From assembly GCA_002269645.1 (NCBI GenBank), contig NIVC01000350.1, forward strand, positions 310,001 through 374,000: a stretch of DNA of 64,000 nucleotides. The letters are read 5' to 3'. The notes beneath the pieces were generated by a model. The model was not told the DNA's origin, did not search any database, and was given only the letters and a program-made list of their open reading frames with translations. This DNA is from Macrostomum lignano (taxonomy: Eukaryota). The translations under genes and the position numbers were made by a program. Below, one piece after another: positions 52,075-62,811 of this stretch (its first letter is position 1; each line of letters opens with the position of its first letter).

Positions 52075-53182
52075 GAGAGAGAGAGAGAGAGAGAGAGGAA
52101 AGAGAGAGAGAGAGAGAGAGAGAGCTTGTGAGCGAGTGAAAGTAAGATGAAAGGAGATCGAATGAGACGGGCTAAGATGAAGTAAGATGAAGTGAGATGA
52201 AGGAGTGAGATTGATTGAGATAAAGTGAGATGTAGTGAGATCAGGCAGCTGAACTCGGACCAAACCAGCACTCACACTTGGCCAGCTCGATCACGTGATA
52301 GCCGTTAGACCGCCTGGAAGAGTGCCGATGCGCGGAGCTGAGGTTTTCGACTAAGAAGGTCACCAGCGATTTCTCGTTAATGAGCAGCCGGCTGGCTTCC
52401 TCCTCGTTGCAGCTGAAGACCAGCACCAGGTAGGCGGAGAAGCGGAATCGATCACTGCCGGATTTCAAATACGGCTGGGCGGTGTCAACAAAGTGATAGT
52501 CGACCAGGTTGAAGAAGATCTCGCTGTTGCCCTTGAACAACATGTTGTACACCACGCTGAGACTCTGCCTCAGTCGTTTATTGACTAGGTCGGGCAGCTT
52601 ATCGGCCAGGTGATCATCCGCCCAGTCTCTCTGCATCTCTGAGCACAGTTTGAGCACCCACTGATTCTTCGACAGGGCCAGGGCGAACTGCTCACTCTGG
52701 TCCGAGTAGTTCTGGCACAGAGTCATCACGTAGGACATCAGGTTGAGCGGCTCCTTCTTGATGGCGCCGTCCGGGTGAGTGAAGTGGGTCTTCCGCTCTG
52801 CCTCGAAGGCCTCGTAGGCCAGCTGGCAGAGCCTCTCCATCAGGCCGTCGGCTTCGACCACGGCGACCGCCTTCTGCTCGCGCAGTTCAACAATTTCCGC
52901 CTCGCTTAGGCGCGAAGATTTGATGTAATAGTTCTGCGTGAGCTTCAGCACCTGGTTGCGGAACTTCGCTGTCTCCGTTTCGCCGTCAACCAGGTACTGC
53001 TGGACTTTGCTGATGGAGTCCAGGTTCCGGTTGAGGGTGTTCCGCTTCAGCGACTCCAGACTGGCCTGTGGGTCCGCCTCCGCATCGGCATCCGCCTTCG
53101 ACGTCTGCTCCGGCCTGAGCACTTCCTCGGCCTCGGAGTCCGACATGATGCCGTCCGTGGTGGTGGTGCGAGCGTGGTTCAT
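48320..53182 (-). CDS. ARM-like / TIR (TIR_2 type) / SAM-like domain protein, 5 coding exons, about 712 aa
   Basis: Exons 52276-53182, 51335-51643, 50341-50654, 49782-49908 and 48320-48801 give one open frame (one GC-AG intron). TIR: HVMISYHQ...KVWVDFEQMQDSTLDCMAKAVEGSAAVLMCVCKGYKESDFCRM-E-AEYA...LVPLLLE...PDGWLGFIMG. SAM-like: KWTSEEVLNWL. The N-terminal helical region has ARM-like segments (VVYNM, KNEDNKDILL). Confidence 0.88.
48925..49765. repeat. About 24-bp minisatellite (CAGAATCAGGCATCATCCGCCCCC) in TIR gene intron 4
   Basis: About 33 units with variable poly-C. Confidence 0.93.
50825..51240. repeat. 21-bp minisatellite (TAAAGGTATTTAGACACCTGC) in TIR gene intron 2
   Basis: About 19 units. 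Confidence 0.93.
51750..52250. repeat. (GA)n-rich microsatellite in TIR gene intron 1
   Basis: Directly visible. Confidence 0.92.
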
Positions 53183-53288
53183 GGCTGCGGATGGGGGATT
53201 TAGGTGGGTTTGACTGCACGTGAGGAAGTGAAACTTCAATTCTTCGACAATATTGGGTGGCCAGTTTAGCGCAAAAAATAAACTACGG

Positions 53289-53565
53289 CAGGGGTGGCCA
53301 ACTCCGGCCCGCAAAGCCTCTCTATCCGGCCCTCGGGTCCTCTGAAACTTTACAATAGCATCCAGCCCACTCAGGGTTTGCCTCTTCTGAGTTCCCTCTC
53401 CACTCTTCTCTCTTTTCTCTCCTCTCTCTTCTCCTCTCTCCTCTCCACTCTCTATTTCTCTCTCCACTCTCCGCTTCTCTCCTCTCTCCTCTTATCTCAT
53501 CTCATCTCCTCTATCCTCTCCTCTCCTCTCTTCATTTTTCTCTCCTCTCCTCTCTCCTCTCATCT
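53289..53565 (+). mobile_element. hAT (Charlie-like) element terminus followed by a (CT)-rich tract
   Basis: CAGGGGTGGCCAACTCCGGCCCGCAAAGCCTCTCTATCCGGCCCTCGGGTCC...; matches 45890-45990 on the other strand. Confidence 0.7.
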
Positions 53566-53889
53566 TCAGCAGGTCATCAAATTGGATCAGGGACTGCAGC
53601 AGGTGAAAATAAAAGATAATTTAAGTTTTAAAATGTATATGAACCCTAAGGGTATGTTATTAAATCGAACAGGATCGTATAAAATGACTAAAATTCTAGC
53701 AACATGGCCAACATAAAGAAAAAATAAATATAAAAAATATGAAACTGACCTGCTATATTTATATTTTTATGTCGGGAATTTTCGAAACTTCAACATATCT
53801 GATAAAATACTACTCTTAGCATAAAACATGCCCAAAATGAAATGTATTTTCAACACAACACAACACTGTACAGTTGCAATATCTGATTG

Positions 53890-54255
53890 GCTCTTTTTTA
53901 TCTCCACGCGAGCCTCCAGTGCCACTCAGTTTCTCTTTCCTTACCCTGATTTTGATTGGCCCTTCATTCTTATTTCTGCCCCAGTGCCACTCTGTCTCTC
54001 TTTCCTTACCCTCATTTAGATTGGCCCTTCATTCTTATCTCTGCCCCAGTCCCACTCTGTCTCTCTTTCCTTACCCTCATTTATATTGGCCCTTCATTCT
54101 TATCTCTGCCCCAGTGCCACTCCGTCTCTCTTTCCTTACCTTCATTTAGATTGGCCCTTCATTCTTATCTCTGCCCCAGTGCCACTCCGTCTCTCTTTCC
54201 TTACCCTCATTTTGATTGGCCCTTTATTCTTATCTCTGCCCCAGTGCCACTCCGT
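53890..54255. repeat. 65-bp tandem repeat
   Basis: TTGGCCCTTC recurs at 53956, 54021 and 54086 (period 65). Confidence 0.92.
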
Positions 54256-54919
54256 TTTCAGCTACTTGTACACCACACCACTCACCACCCATTCTCTTGC
54301 AGTCAAACCCATTAAACTAACTCTACGAGCTACCATAAATTACTTTCTTTCTTCTTACCTTAACTAAAACCACCACAACTAAGCCACTTATCTTAAAAAA
54401 CTAGACTCTCAAATATACTCGTAGTAAAAGATTGCTTAAAACAACAATTTCTTAAAAATATTTTAATTTCTGGTCTAAAAGAAACACAACAGTGACACAT
54501 TAAAAAATCACAAAATACGAGCGTAATTATCAAATAATGCAAATTCAATGCCAGTACTGATTTTCAAAGTGCAGGCACTAATACTGTATGAATTTTTTGT
54601 CGATTGCGGGGAGACAAAACGACACTTATCAGCCACTATTAACTCGCTTTTCGAAAGTAAAATGGCCGTTACTGAAAAGTAGCGAGCACAGAATTTAACA
54701 ATCAGGTTTTAAAAGCTAACAGTTTTTGCTTAATATTAAAAAATTTAATATAGTCTTAGAAATTTTCTAAAAGAGAAAAGATCTTATTCGCTTTGACAAA
54801 AACGCAAACAATAAAAAATAATATAGAAGCAGTTGAGATTACTCGAGACTAATAGCAAAACGTTACAATAATTATTTTGCCGTTTATGTTTTGTATACAC
54901 CACCTGACCGTCTACAGCT

Positions 54920-55540
54920 CTCTGTCTAACCCTCATCTCTATACCAGCTCTCTCAGTTTAACCCTCACCTCTATACCAGCTCTCTCAGTCTAACCCTCAC
55001 CTCTATACCAGCTCTCTCAGTTTAACCCTCACCTCTATACCAGCTCTCTCAGTTTAACCCTCACCTCTGTACCAGCTCTCTCAGTCTAACCCTCACCTCT
55101 ATACCAGCTCTCTCAGTCTAACCTTCACCTCTATACCAGCTCTCTCAGTCTAACCCTCACCTCTATACCAGCTCTCTCAGTTTAACCCTCACCTCTGTAC
55201 CAGCTCTCTCAGTTTAACCCTCACCTCTATACCAGCTCTCTCAGTCTAACCCTCACCTCTATACCAGCTCTCTCAGTCTAACCCTCACCTCTATACCAGC
55301 TCTCTCAGTTTAACCCTCACCTCTGTACCAGCTCTCTCAGTCTAACCCTCACCTCTATACCAGCTCTCTCAGTCTAACCTTCACCTCTATACCAGCTCTC
55401 TCAGTCTAACCCTCACCTCTGTACCAGCTCTCTCAGTTTAACCCTCACCTCTGTACCAGCTCTCTCAGTCTAACCCTCACCTCTATACCAGCTCTCTCAG
55501 TCTAACCCTCACCTCTATACCAGCTCTCTCAGTCTAAACC
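54920..55540. repeat. 32-bp minisatellite (CTCTCTCAGTYTAACCCTCACCTCTATACCAG)
   Basis: About 19 units immediately downstream of the MBLAC2 stop. Confidence 0.94.
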
Positions 55541-55557
55541 AGCCCGAACCAATCGAG

Positions 55558-56466
55558 TCAAGCCCGAGATCCCTCCAGACAGGAGCGCACGCAGCCGCAG
55601 CAGCAGGCGTAGCGCAAGCAGGCGGCGCAGCCGTCATTAGAATTCCTGGCCTTCAGATAGGCGCAGTAGATGAGGCGGCTGATGCAGCTGCCCAACAGGT
55701 AGCCGGGCCGGCTGGATCTGGCCAGGTAGGCCGACAGCAGGTGGCGCAGCTCGTTAGGCCCGAACGGATCGAAGTGTCCGGGACAGACCAGCCGGACTCG
55801 AACTCCAGCAAACGCCGGCAGCTGCGCCGGTACTGCGCCACGCTGCTGCCAGGTAGAATGTCTCTGTCCGACAAGTACACCGTGGCTGAACAGGAGTCCG
55901 CTGCGCTCGAGCGCCACGCTGCCCGTGGCCCGGACAGTGCAGCACTCGGACGCAGCGGCCGCCGCCGAGGTCAAATGTGTGACCGTCCTGCAGTTGCAGC
56001 TTGGGCTGGGCTGGCCGCAGCTGGTAGGGCGGCACAGCTCGCTGCGCGGCACGAAGGTCACGCAGACGTACTGATCACCGGCTGTGAGAGCGGCGGCCTC
56101 GTTGGCGTGGATGGCGGTCAGGGGGAACTGGTGCAGGCCGCCGGCGTGGTCAAAGTGCGCGTGAGTAGCCACAGCGGTCAGCGGCCTGTCGGGCGTCTGA
56201 GGCGCCAAGCCAGCCGAGCGAAGGTAGGCGGGCAGGTCCCACAGACCCAGGCCGGTGTCCACCAGCAGGTCGGAGTCGGGGCCGCGGATCAGCCAGATGT
56301 TTGCCCGATTGCTGGACACAAACTGGCGCTCCCGGATCTGATAGACGCCCGGGTGCACCTCCGAGTGGAGAAAATCGTCCTCACAGTTTCGGTCACTGAT
56401 GGCCGGACTCGCCGGCGCCGGGGTCGGCGGCGAGGTTGGCACACGTTGCTGAAGTGTGTCAGGCAT
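55558..56466 (-). CDS. MBLAC2: Metallo-beta-lactamase domain protein 2 (acyl-CoA thioesterase) with internal frameshifts; may be a pseudogene or an assembly error
   Basis: NRANIWLIRG, LVDTGLG, AVATHAHFDHAGG (HxHxDH) and VCPGHFDPFG match recalled MBLAC2 motifs. LQDGHTFDLGGGRCVRVLHCPGH and VYLSDRDILPGSSVAQY lie in other frames. Confidence 0.85.
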   Translation of the reverse strand: MPDTLQQRVPTSPPTPAPASPAISDRNCEDDFLHSEVHPGVYQIRERQFVSSNRANIWLIRGPDSDLLVDTGLGLWDLPAYLRSAGLAPQTPDRPLTAVATHAHFDHAGGLHQFPLTAIHANEAAALTAGDQYVCVTFVPRSELCRPTSCGQPSPSCNCRTVTHLTSAAAAASECCTVRATGSVALERSGLLFSHGVLVGQRHSTWQQRGAVPAQLPAFAGVRVRLVCPGHFDPFGPNELRHLLSAYLARSSRPGYLLGSCISRLIYCAYLKARNSNDGCAACLRYACCCGCVRSCLEGSRA

Positions 56467-56479
56467 ATCTGTCCAGATG

Positions 56480-57590
56480 GAATCGGGAGAGAGGGAATTG
56501 GGAGAAAGGGGAGAAAGAGAATTGGGAGAATGGGGAGGGAATCGGGAGAATGGGGAGGGAATCGGGAGAATGGGGAGGGAATCGGGAGAATGGGGAGGGA
56601 ATCGAGAGAATGGGAAGGGAATCGAGAGAATGGGGAGGGAATCGGGAGAATGGGGAGGGAATCGGGAGAATGGGGAGGGAATCGGGAGAATGGGGAGGGA
56701 ATCGGGAGAATGGGGAGGGAATCGGAAGAATGGAGAGGGAATCGGGAGAATGGGGAGGGAATCGGGAGAATGGGGAGGGAATCGGGAGAATGGGGAGGGA
56801 ATCGGGAGAATGGGGAGGGAATCGGAAGAATGGAGAGGGAATCGGGAGAATGGGGAGGGAATCGGGAGAATGGGGATGGAATCGGGAGAATGGGGAGGGA
56901 ATCGGGAGAATGGGGATGGAATCGGGAGAATGGGGAGGGAATCGGGAGAATGGGGATGGAATCGGGAGAATGGGGAGGGAATCGGGAGAATGGGGAGGGA
57001 ATCGGGAGAATGGGGAGGGAATCGGGAAAATGGGGAGGGAATCGGGAGAATGGGGAGGGAATCGGAGAATGGGGAGGGAATCGGGAAATGGGGAGGGAAT
57101 TAGGAGAATGGGGAGGGAATCGAGAGAATGGAAAGGGAATCGGGAGAATGGGGAGGAAATCGAGAGAATGGGAAGGGAATCGAGAGAATGGGGAGGGAAT
57201 CGGGAGAATGGGGAGGGAATCGAGAGAATGGGGAGGGAATCGGGAGAATGGGGAGGGAATCGGGAGAATGGGGAGGGAATCGGGAGAATGGGGAGGGAAT
57301 CGGGAGAATGGGGAGGGAATCGGGAGAATGGGGAGGGAATCGGGAGAATGGGGAGGGAATTAGGAGAATGGGGAGGGAATCGAGAGAATGGGGAGGGAAT
57401 CGGGAGAATGGGGAGGGAATCGGGAAAATGGGGAGGGAATCGGGAGAATGGGGAGGGAATCGGAAGAATGGGGAAGGAATCGAGAGAATGGGGAGGGAAT
57501 CGGGAGAATGGGGAGGGAATCGGGAGAATGGGGAGGGAATCGGGAGAATGGGGAGGGAATCGGGAGAATGGGGATGGAATCGGGATAGTA
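56480..57590. repeat. 20-bp purine-rich minisatellite (GGGAATCGGGAGAATGGGGA) upstream of the MBLAC2 ATG
   Basis: About 54 units abutting the acceptor at 56469. Confidence 0.96.
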
Positions 57591-60500
57591 GGGAGAATGG
57601 AGAGGGAGGGTATTGGAAGAATGACAAGGGACAGGAAAACGGGGAATGGGAAACAGAATAGACTCAGGGAGAATGAGGAAAACGGCGACACAAGGTCCTG
57701 CAGCTACATGCATGACGCGTCTATATTCGCAACTCAGTGCGCAATTATACCTAGCACTTGCCCTCTGTCGAGAAGTCTTGTCTCTTCCCATATCACCTGT
57801 GAGCAGCAGTCGGCGAGGCCGCAGCTTAGCGCATATAATTATTCGGCATGGAGAGAGGGGAGCAGGTGGATGGCGAAATCAACGGGTTGCAGCCTCGAAA
57901 GCTGGCTTAGATAAGAAATCTGAACAGCGGGCAGAGTTTTGTACTTTTAGGCAGTTGCCCGCTGCACGCGCGGCAATGGGCGCGGCGCCCTCTCTGGACA
58001 CTGAGACATCTGCAGTGATTCTGCGAAGCCTCTCAGCAAGCCCTCCTCCCTATCCTTCCCTGTTTCATTTCTCTCTGCTCAGTTAGCTACAGCATCTTGA
58101 TACAAGGAAAGGTAAGGAAAAATATGGAGACAAGATTGGTTAGAACAAACACATCTTGATACCTTTTTGTGTCGTTGGCTGTGATAAACAACACCTTTTG
58201 GTATATAGCTACTTGATTTTTCTTTGTTTGATGTTAAAGGCTTTCAATATATTGTGTATACAAAATGCATAAAGATTTGATAAAACTTGCTAGTTAGGTT
58301 TGCTAATTCTAATTATTATCTATGCAATCAAAGTGGTTTGAAACAAAATATCTTCAAAATACAACCTGCCTTGAATGCTTATTGCTTAAATATATTAAAT
58401 TTTTGTTCTAGAACTTTGAATATTCTGTGAGAAGCTAATTTCTGCAGAATGAATAATTGAAAAATTAAAACAGATTAGCACTGCAACAAATGCATAAATT
58501 TACCTTTAAAAGACTCAATTTAGTTTTTTCTAGTATTTTATGTCTTTCCTTACAATTCAAAATTAGCATATGCTGCATGTAAAAAAAAACAAATAGTAAG
58601 TCTAAAAGAGGTGCATTGAATGATAAGTCAAATAAATTTAATTTAGTAAAATCTATTCTTACCAATCATAATTTTAGACAAAAAAATCAAGGTTGTCTAG
58701 AGACTAGAATCAAAAACTCTTTAACTTCTAATAAAGGTCAAAAGTATTTCATAGTTCTCATGAGATTATACAAACTTTTTTGAAAGGCAATCTTTTCAAA
58801 TATCTACTTTTTAATCTTATAAAGAAAATCGATACTATAATGTTATATTTAGCTCGTAGTAGGAATAATAATTCACTGATAATAATCTATCTATTAAGAC
58901 AAAAATTGAAAGTTTTCCGGAAATTACAAAAATTCTTGAAGTAGAAGAGACTAAATTAAAACATCCAAAAGTAATAAACAATGTACAAGAAAGCAATTGT
59001 CGTTGCTTAGTGCCAACCGCTAACGATTAATTAAGTAGAGCTTAGTTTAGTTGAAAAAAACAAGAATATAAAACGTGTAACGTGAACTGTGAGGTAAAGC
59101 TTAGGGCACTAAAATATATACTAAATATTTAATCTTATTTACTAAAGTACAATCATTCTTCGACTCAGCTGACAGCTCATGCATCCTGATTCGTATAACC
59201 TGGTTCGAATCACGGAATAAACTTTGCATACACGATAAAGTTAAAACAGGTCGTAACTGCGACAACAGAATGAACTTTAAGAATTACAACAAAAACAAAC
59301 AATTTATAGCTTTTAATTATCGAACGTATGTCAGTTTTTAAGCTGGTGTTTTATATTAGCTAAGAAATAGCTGAAGTGTAACAAAAGAAGCGGTTTTTAC
59401 AGTTTATTAGTATTCATCACAAATTTCGTGCTTTCAAAGAAATGAGACAATTTATAGCAAAATCTTACAAATGTTCAGTGGGTTAAGAACACTAAAAGTG
59501 TACAGTATAGCCTAGGTAAAGAATTGTATTTTCCATGTTTGTTGTACTAGACTAACATTATTAGATTGAATAAAGATTGGCATAAGTTTATCATACTCAA
59601 TACTATAATTTATATAGTCTTTATTTTCCAAAAGTAAACTTTTTTTACAATTTTAATCATTTGCTAAGTTGAAATGTTTTGGAAAGTTTTTCTTGTAATT
59701 TGTGAAGCAAAAATATTTTGTCAATAATTTATAATTTTAGCTTGCTTTCAATAAACCTTGTATTTAGAAAGTTTCAATATATGGATATCATAGTCACTAC
59801 TAAGTTTTGGTTACTTTTAGGTATGGTTGAAATCATCATATTCTAAATTGTCATATGATGACAACTTGGCCAATCCATAAGACTTTAACGTTTGAATATG
59901 ACAAATTGGTCAATTTTTTTAGAAATTAAACAAAATTAAAAAATATATACAACCCTAGAATAAATTAAAATATTTTTAATAGCTAAGCCTAAGGCTAAGG
60001 AATAGCATTCTTGACTCTAAAGTTTAAAAATACATCTGCTATTCAATAAGCCTTGAATATTCAGTTTGATTATTAACTTTAATATATGAATTAGTCTAAG
60101 GCTTTGCATCTTTTAAGTGAATGGTATAAATGTAATTTAAAGTTGAAAATCATTTTGCTAGCAAATAAAAACATGTTGCTACTAGGAAAGCTAAGATCCT
60201 TGCGCAGATAATGAATAGGCCTAGGCCTATAATGTGACAGTTTAGTGAATGTAGCATTGTCTAATGCTGAGACAATGATGATTTAGATAATTTAGTTGTT
60301 TTTTTTGTAACCCACAAATGACAATCTAACAATCTTGAATAAGAGTACTTTGGCTAGAGCCTTGGTTTCCTTTGGCCTAGCTTAATTAATAATTAGTATT
60401 TTTTGATAACTAATATCAGTGTCTTTCTTTTTTACCTAATTTTGAATTGATTTAAATTGCATATAAACTAAATCCACAAACTTAAAAAAATTGAAGAATC

Positions 60501-60756
60501 TTGAAAATGGTATTAAAAACTTTATAATCCTTGCATTTTTACTTAGTAACACAATAAAAATCAAAATAATATCTACTATTGTTTATAGTAAAATAGAGAC
60601 CTTATTCTATACTTATGGCCAAGTAGTATAATTAGTGATAATATTTGCTAATATTTATAAGATTAAAGTTCTAAAGAGATTTTTCAAGTACAGTTAAGCT
60701 TTTTTTGAAAATCTTTAAAATTCATGTTATACCTGCAGTAACAATAATCTGCAGTC

Positions 60757-62755
60757 ATGATCTCTGCTTTTGAGGTAGCTCAGTTTGTTAATGATGAGCA
60801 ATCATGGCGTGAGCTAGCTGACCCAAGAAAATTTCCACTTCCACCTGACTTGGAGCCTGAGTGTGAGCTTGATATCAGGTATAATGAGCTGGTTTATTGA
60901 TTATTTTGCTTTTAATTTGTGTTTATTTGGGTTGATACCCCTAAACTTATAGTTGTGCCACTGACCTGCCTAAGGACAGATCCCTAATGCAATGGGAAAG
61001 ATAACCTAGGTACCAATTAAGACTTAAGAGTGTTAAAGATTTCATTTTTGGTGCTAGGGTCGCCTAGTTGGGTGTCATTATGGAATAATTGAATGTTAGG
61101 AGTGTCTAATTATGTTTTACCACCTAATTAGGCGTCAGAGATACTTGATTGGTTGTCAGTGATGCCTAATTGGCTGTCAGAGATACTTGATTGGATGTCA
61201 GTGATGCCTAATTGGGTGTCAGAGATACTTGATTGGATGTCAGTGATGCCTAATTGGGTGTCAGAGATACTTGATTGGATGTCAGTGATGCCTAATTGGG
61301 TGTCAGAGATACTTGATTGGATGTCAGTGATGCCTAATTAGGCGTCAGAGATACTTGATTGGATGTCAGTGATGCCTAATTGGGTGTCAGAGATACTTGA
61401 TTGGATGTCAGTGATGCCTAATTAGGCGTCAGAGATACTTGATTGGATGTCAGTGATGCCTAATTGGGTGTCAGAGATACGTGATTGGATGTCAGTGATG
61501 TCTAATTGGGCGTCAGAGATACTTGATTGGATGTCAGTGATGCCTAATTGGGTGTCAGAGATACTTGATTGGATGTCAGTGATGCCTAATTAGGCGTCAG
61601 AGATACTTGATTGGATGTCAGTGATGCCTAATTGGCTATCAAGGATGTCTGATTAAGTTGTCTTGGTTGGGTTGCCTAAGTGGGTGACAGGGCTCGGGTG
61701 TACAGATTCCTTGCCACTAAGAATGGCGTGCACACCGTATACTCAGAACTGGATAGTTGAGTACTACCTAATAGACTAATATTCTTTTTATTCTTCCAAT
61801 GCCCCCTCCCCGAGCAGACCCAGCCAAAGAGTCCCGGAGCCAACTCTGCTCCTAGTAGAGTTCGACCAGATTGTTGGCCAGAATATCCTGCTGACTCAGC
61901 CGACTCTGGCAACCTCTGCAGTTGACCGCCTGAACGAGTCACTGCAGGTTGTGTTTGGCGTCAATTATCAGGAGGCGACAGCCATGTCGCATTTCAGCAT
62001 TGTGCCAGAGAGCACTTCGGTATTTCCGGACATCGAATTCCCTACCTATGTGAGTCGCTAACATCTTAACTATTCGACTTTCATTTTTATTGTTTGTAAA
62101 ACATGAAGGGCTGTGAGTCTAACAGAAGTCAAATCGTGCGTGACAATGGGGGGTCCGCTGAAGGATCCAGGTGGGTTTAGCAATGGACCTTAGAGTAGAG
62201 AGGGTTGTAGCCTATTGAATAGAGCGTCGGACTCACGACTCAACCCAATTGGAACAACTGGTGTCCTTGATGTGTGTGGCGACCCCCCCCCCCCCAGTCC
62301 TTGGACTGAACAGCCGTACGCAGCCTTCAGATGCGCCGCGCAATAGCTGCGGCTGAGCTGTCGGTTGCACATCTGCCCATCAGGGCAGGTGTAATCAATG
62401 TTATTACTATTATTACTAGAGTAGAACAATGGTTTCAAGAGTTCCCAATAAATAAAATCGCCAGGCCCGCTACTTCACCGTGTACGATGTGGAAGGAAGG
62501 GGTCTCGTACGCAACTGTTGCCTCTGCTTTCTTGCCTGCTCAGCTCAGTGAGTCATCATCAAATTCGAATTGTGCTCAACAGCTATCTTCTTATTGTTAA
62601 TTAAGGCTTATTGTATTTTTTCAGCCAACTTTACAAATACATGGATTGTATGGAGGCTCAACTAACAAAACTGTTCGACAGGCTGACTACACAAAATCTC
62701 ACTATGTTTTGGCGTGCTCTGCACTCCAGGCTGCGAAATCTACAATATACTAGAG
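60757..62755 (+). CDS. SMCR8: SMCR8 (longin/DENN subunit of the C9orf72 complex), first four exons; gene continues past the window
   Basis: Exons 60757-60878, 61818-62049, 62465-62547 and 62625-62755 join in phase: MISAFEVAQF..., LLLVEFDQIVGQNILLTQP, VFGVNYQ, RYFTVYDVEGRGLVRNCCLCF, QNLTMFWRALHSRLRNLQYTR. These parallel recalled human SMCR8 segments (MISAPDVVAF, FILISEFSEQVGPQPLLTIP, MSVDYQ, HHLTLYDLEARGFVRPFCMAY, GNRKAFAGELEKKLKDLDYTR). Confidence 0.85.
61130..61640. repeat. 42-bp minisatellite in SMCR8 intron 1
   Basis: GTCAGAGATACTTGATTGGATGTCAGTGATGCCTAATTGGGT, about 12 copies. Confidence 0.94.
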
Positions 62756-62811
62756 GTATGGCCCATTCATAATAGTTGGGTCATAATAGTTTACGATAGT
62801 GCAAATCAGTT

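Noticed and set aside
45890-53390. A single hAT transposon that captured the TIR gene
   Set aside because: The two termini point outward, so they cannot be the left and right ends of one element.
55741-57914. Long plus-strand ORFs (540 aa and 492 aa)
   Set aside because: Antisense of GC-rich MBLAC2 fused to a 20-bp repeat translation.
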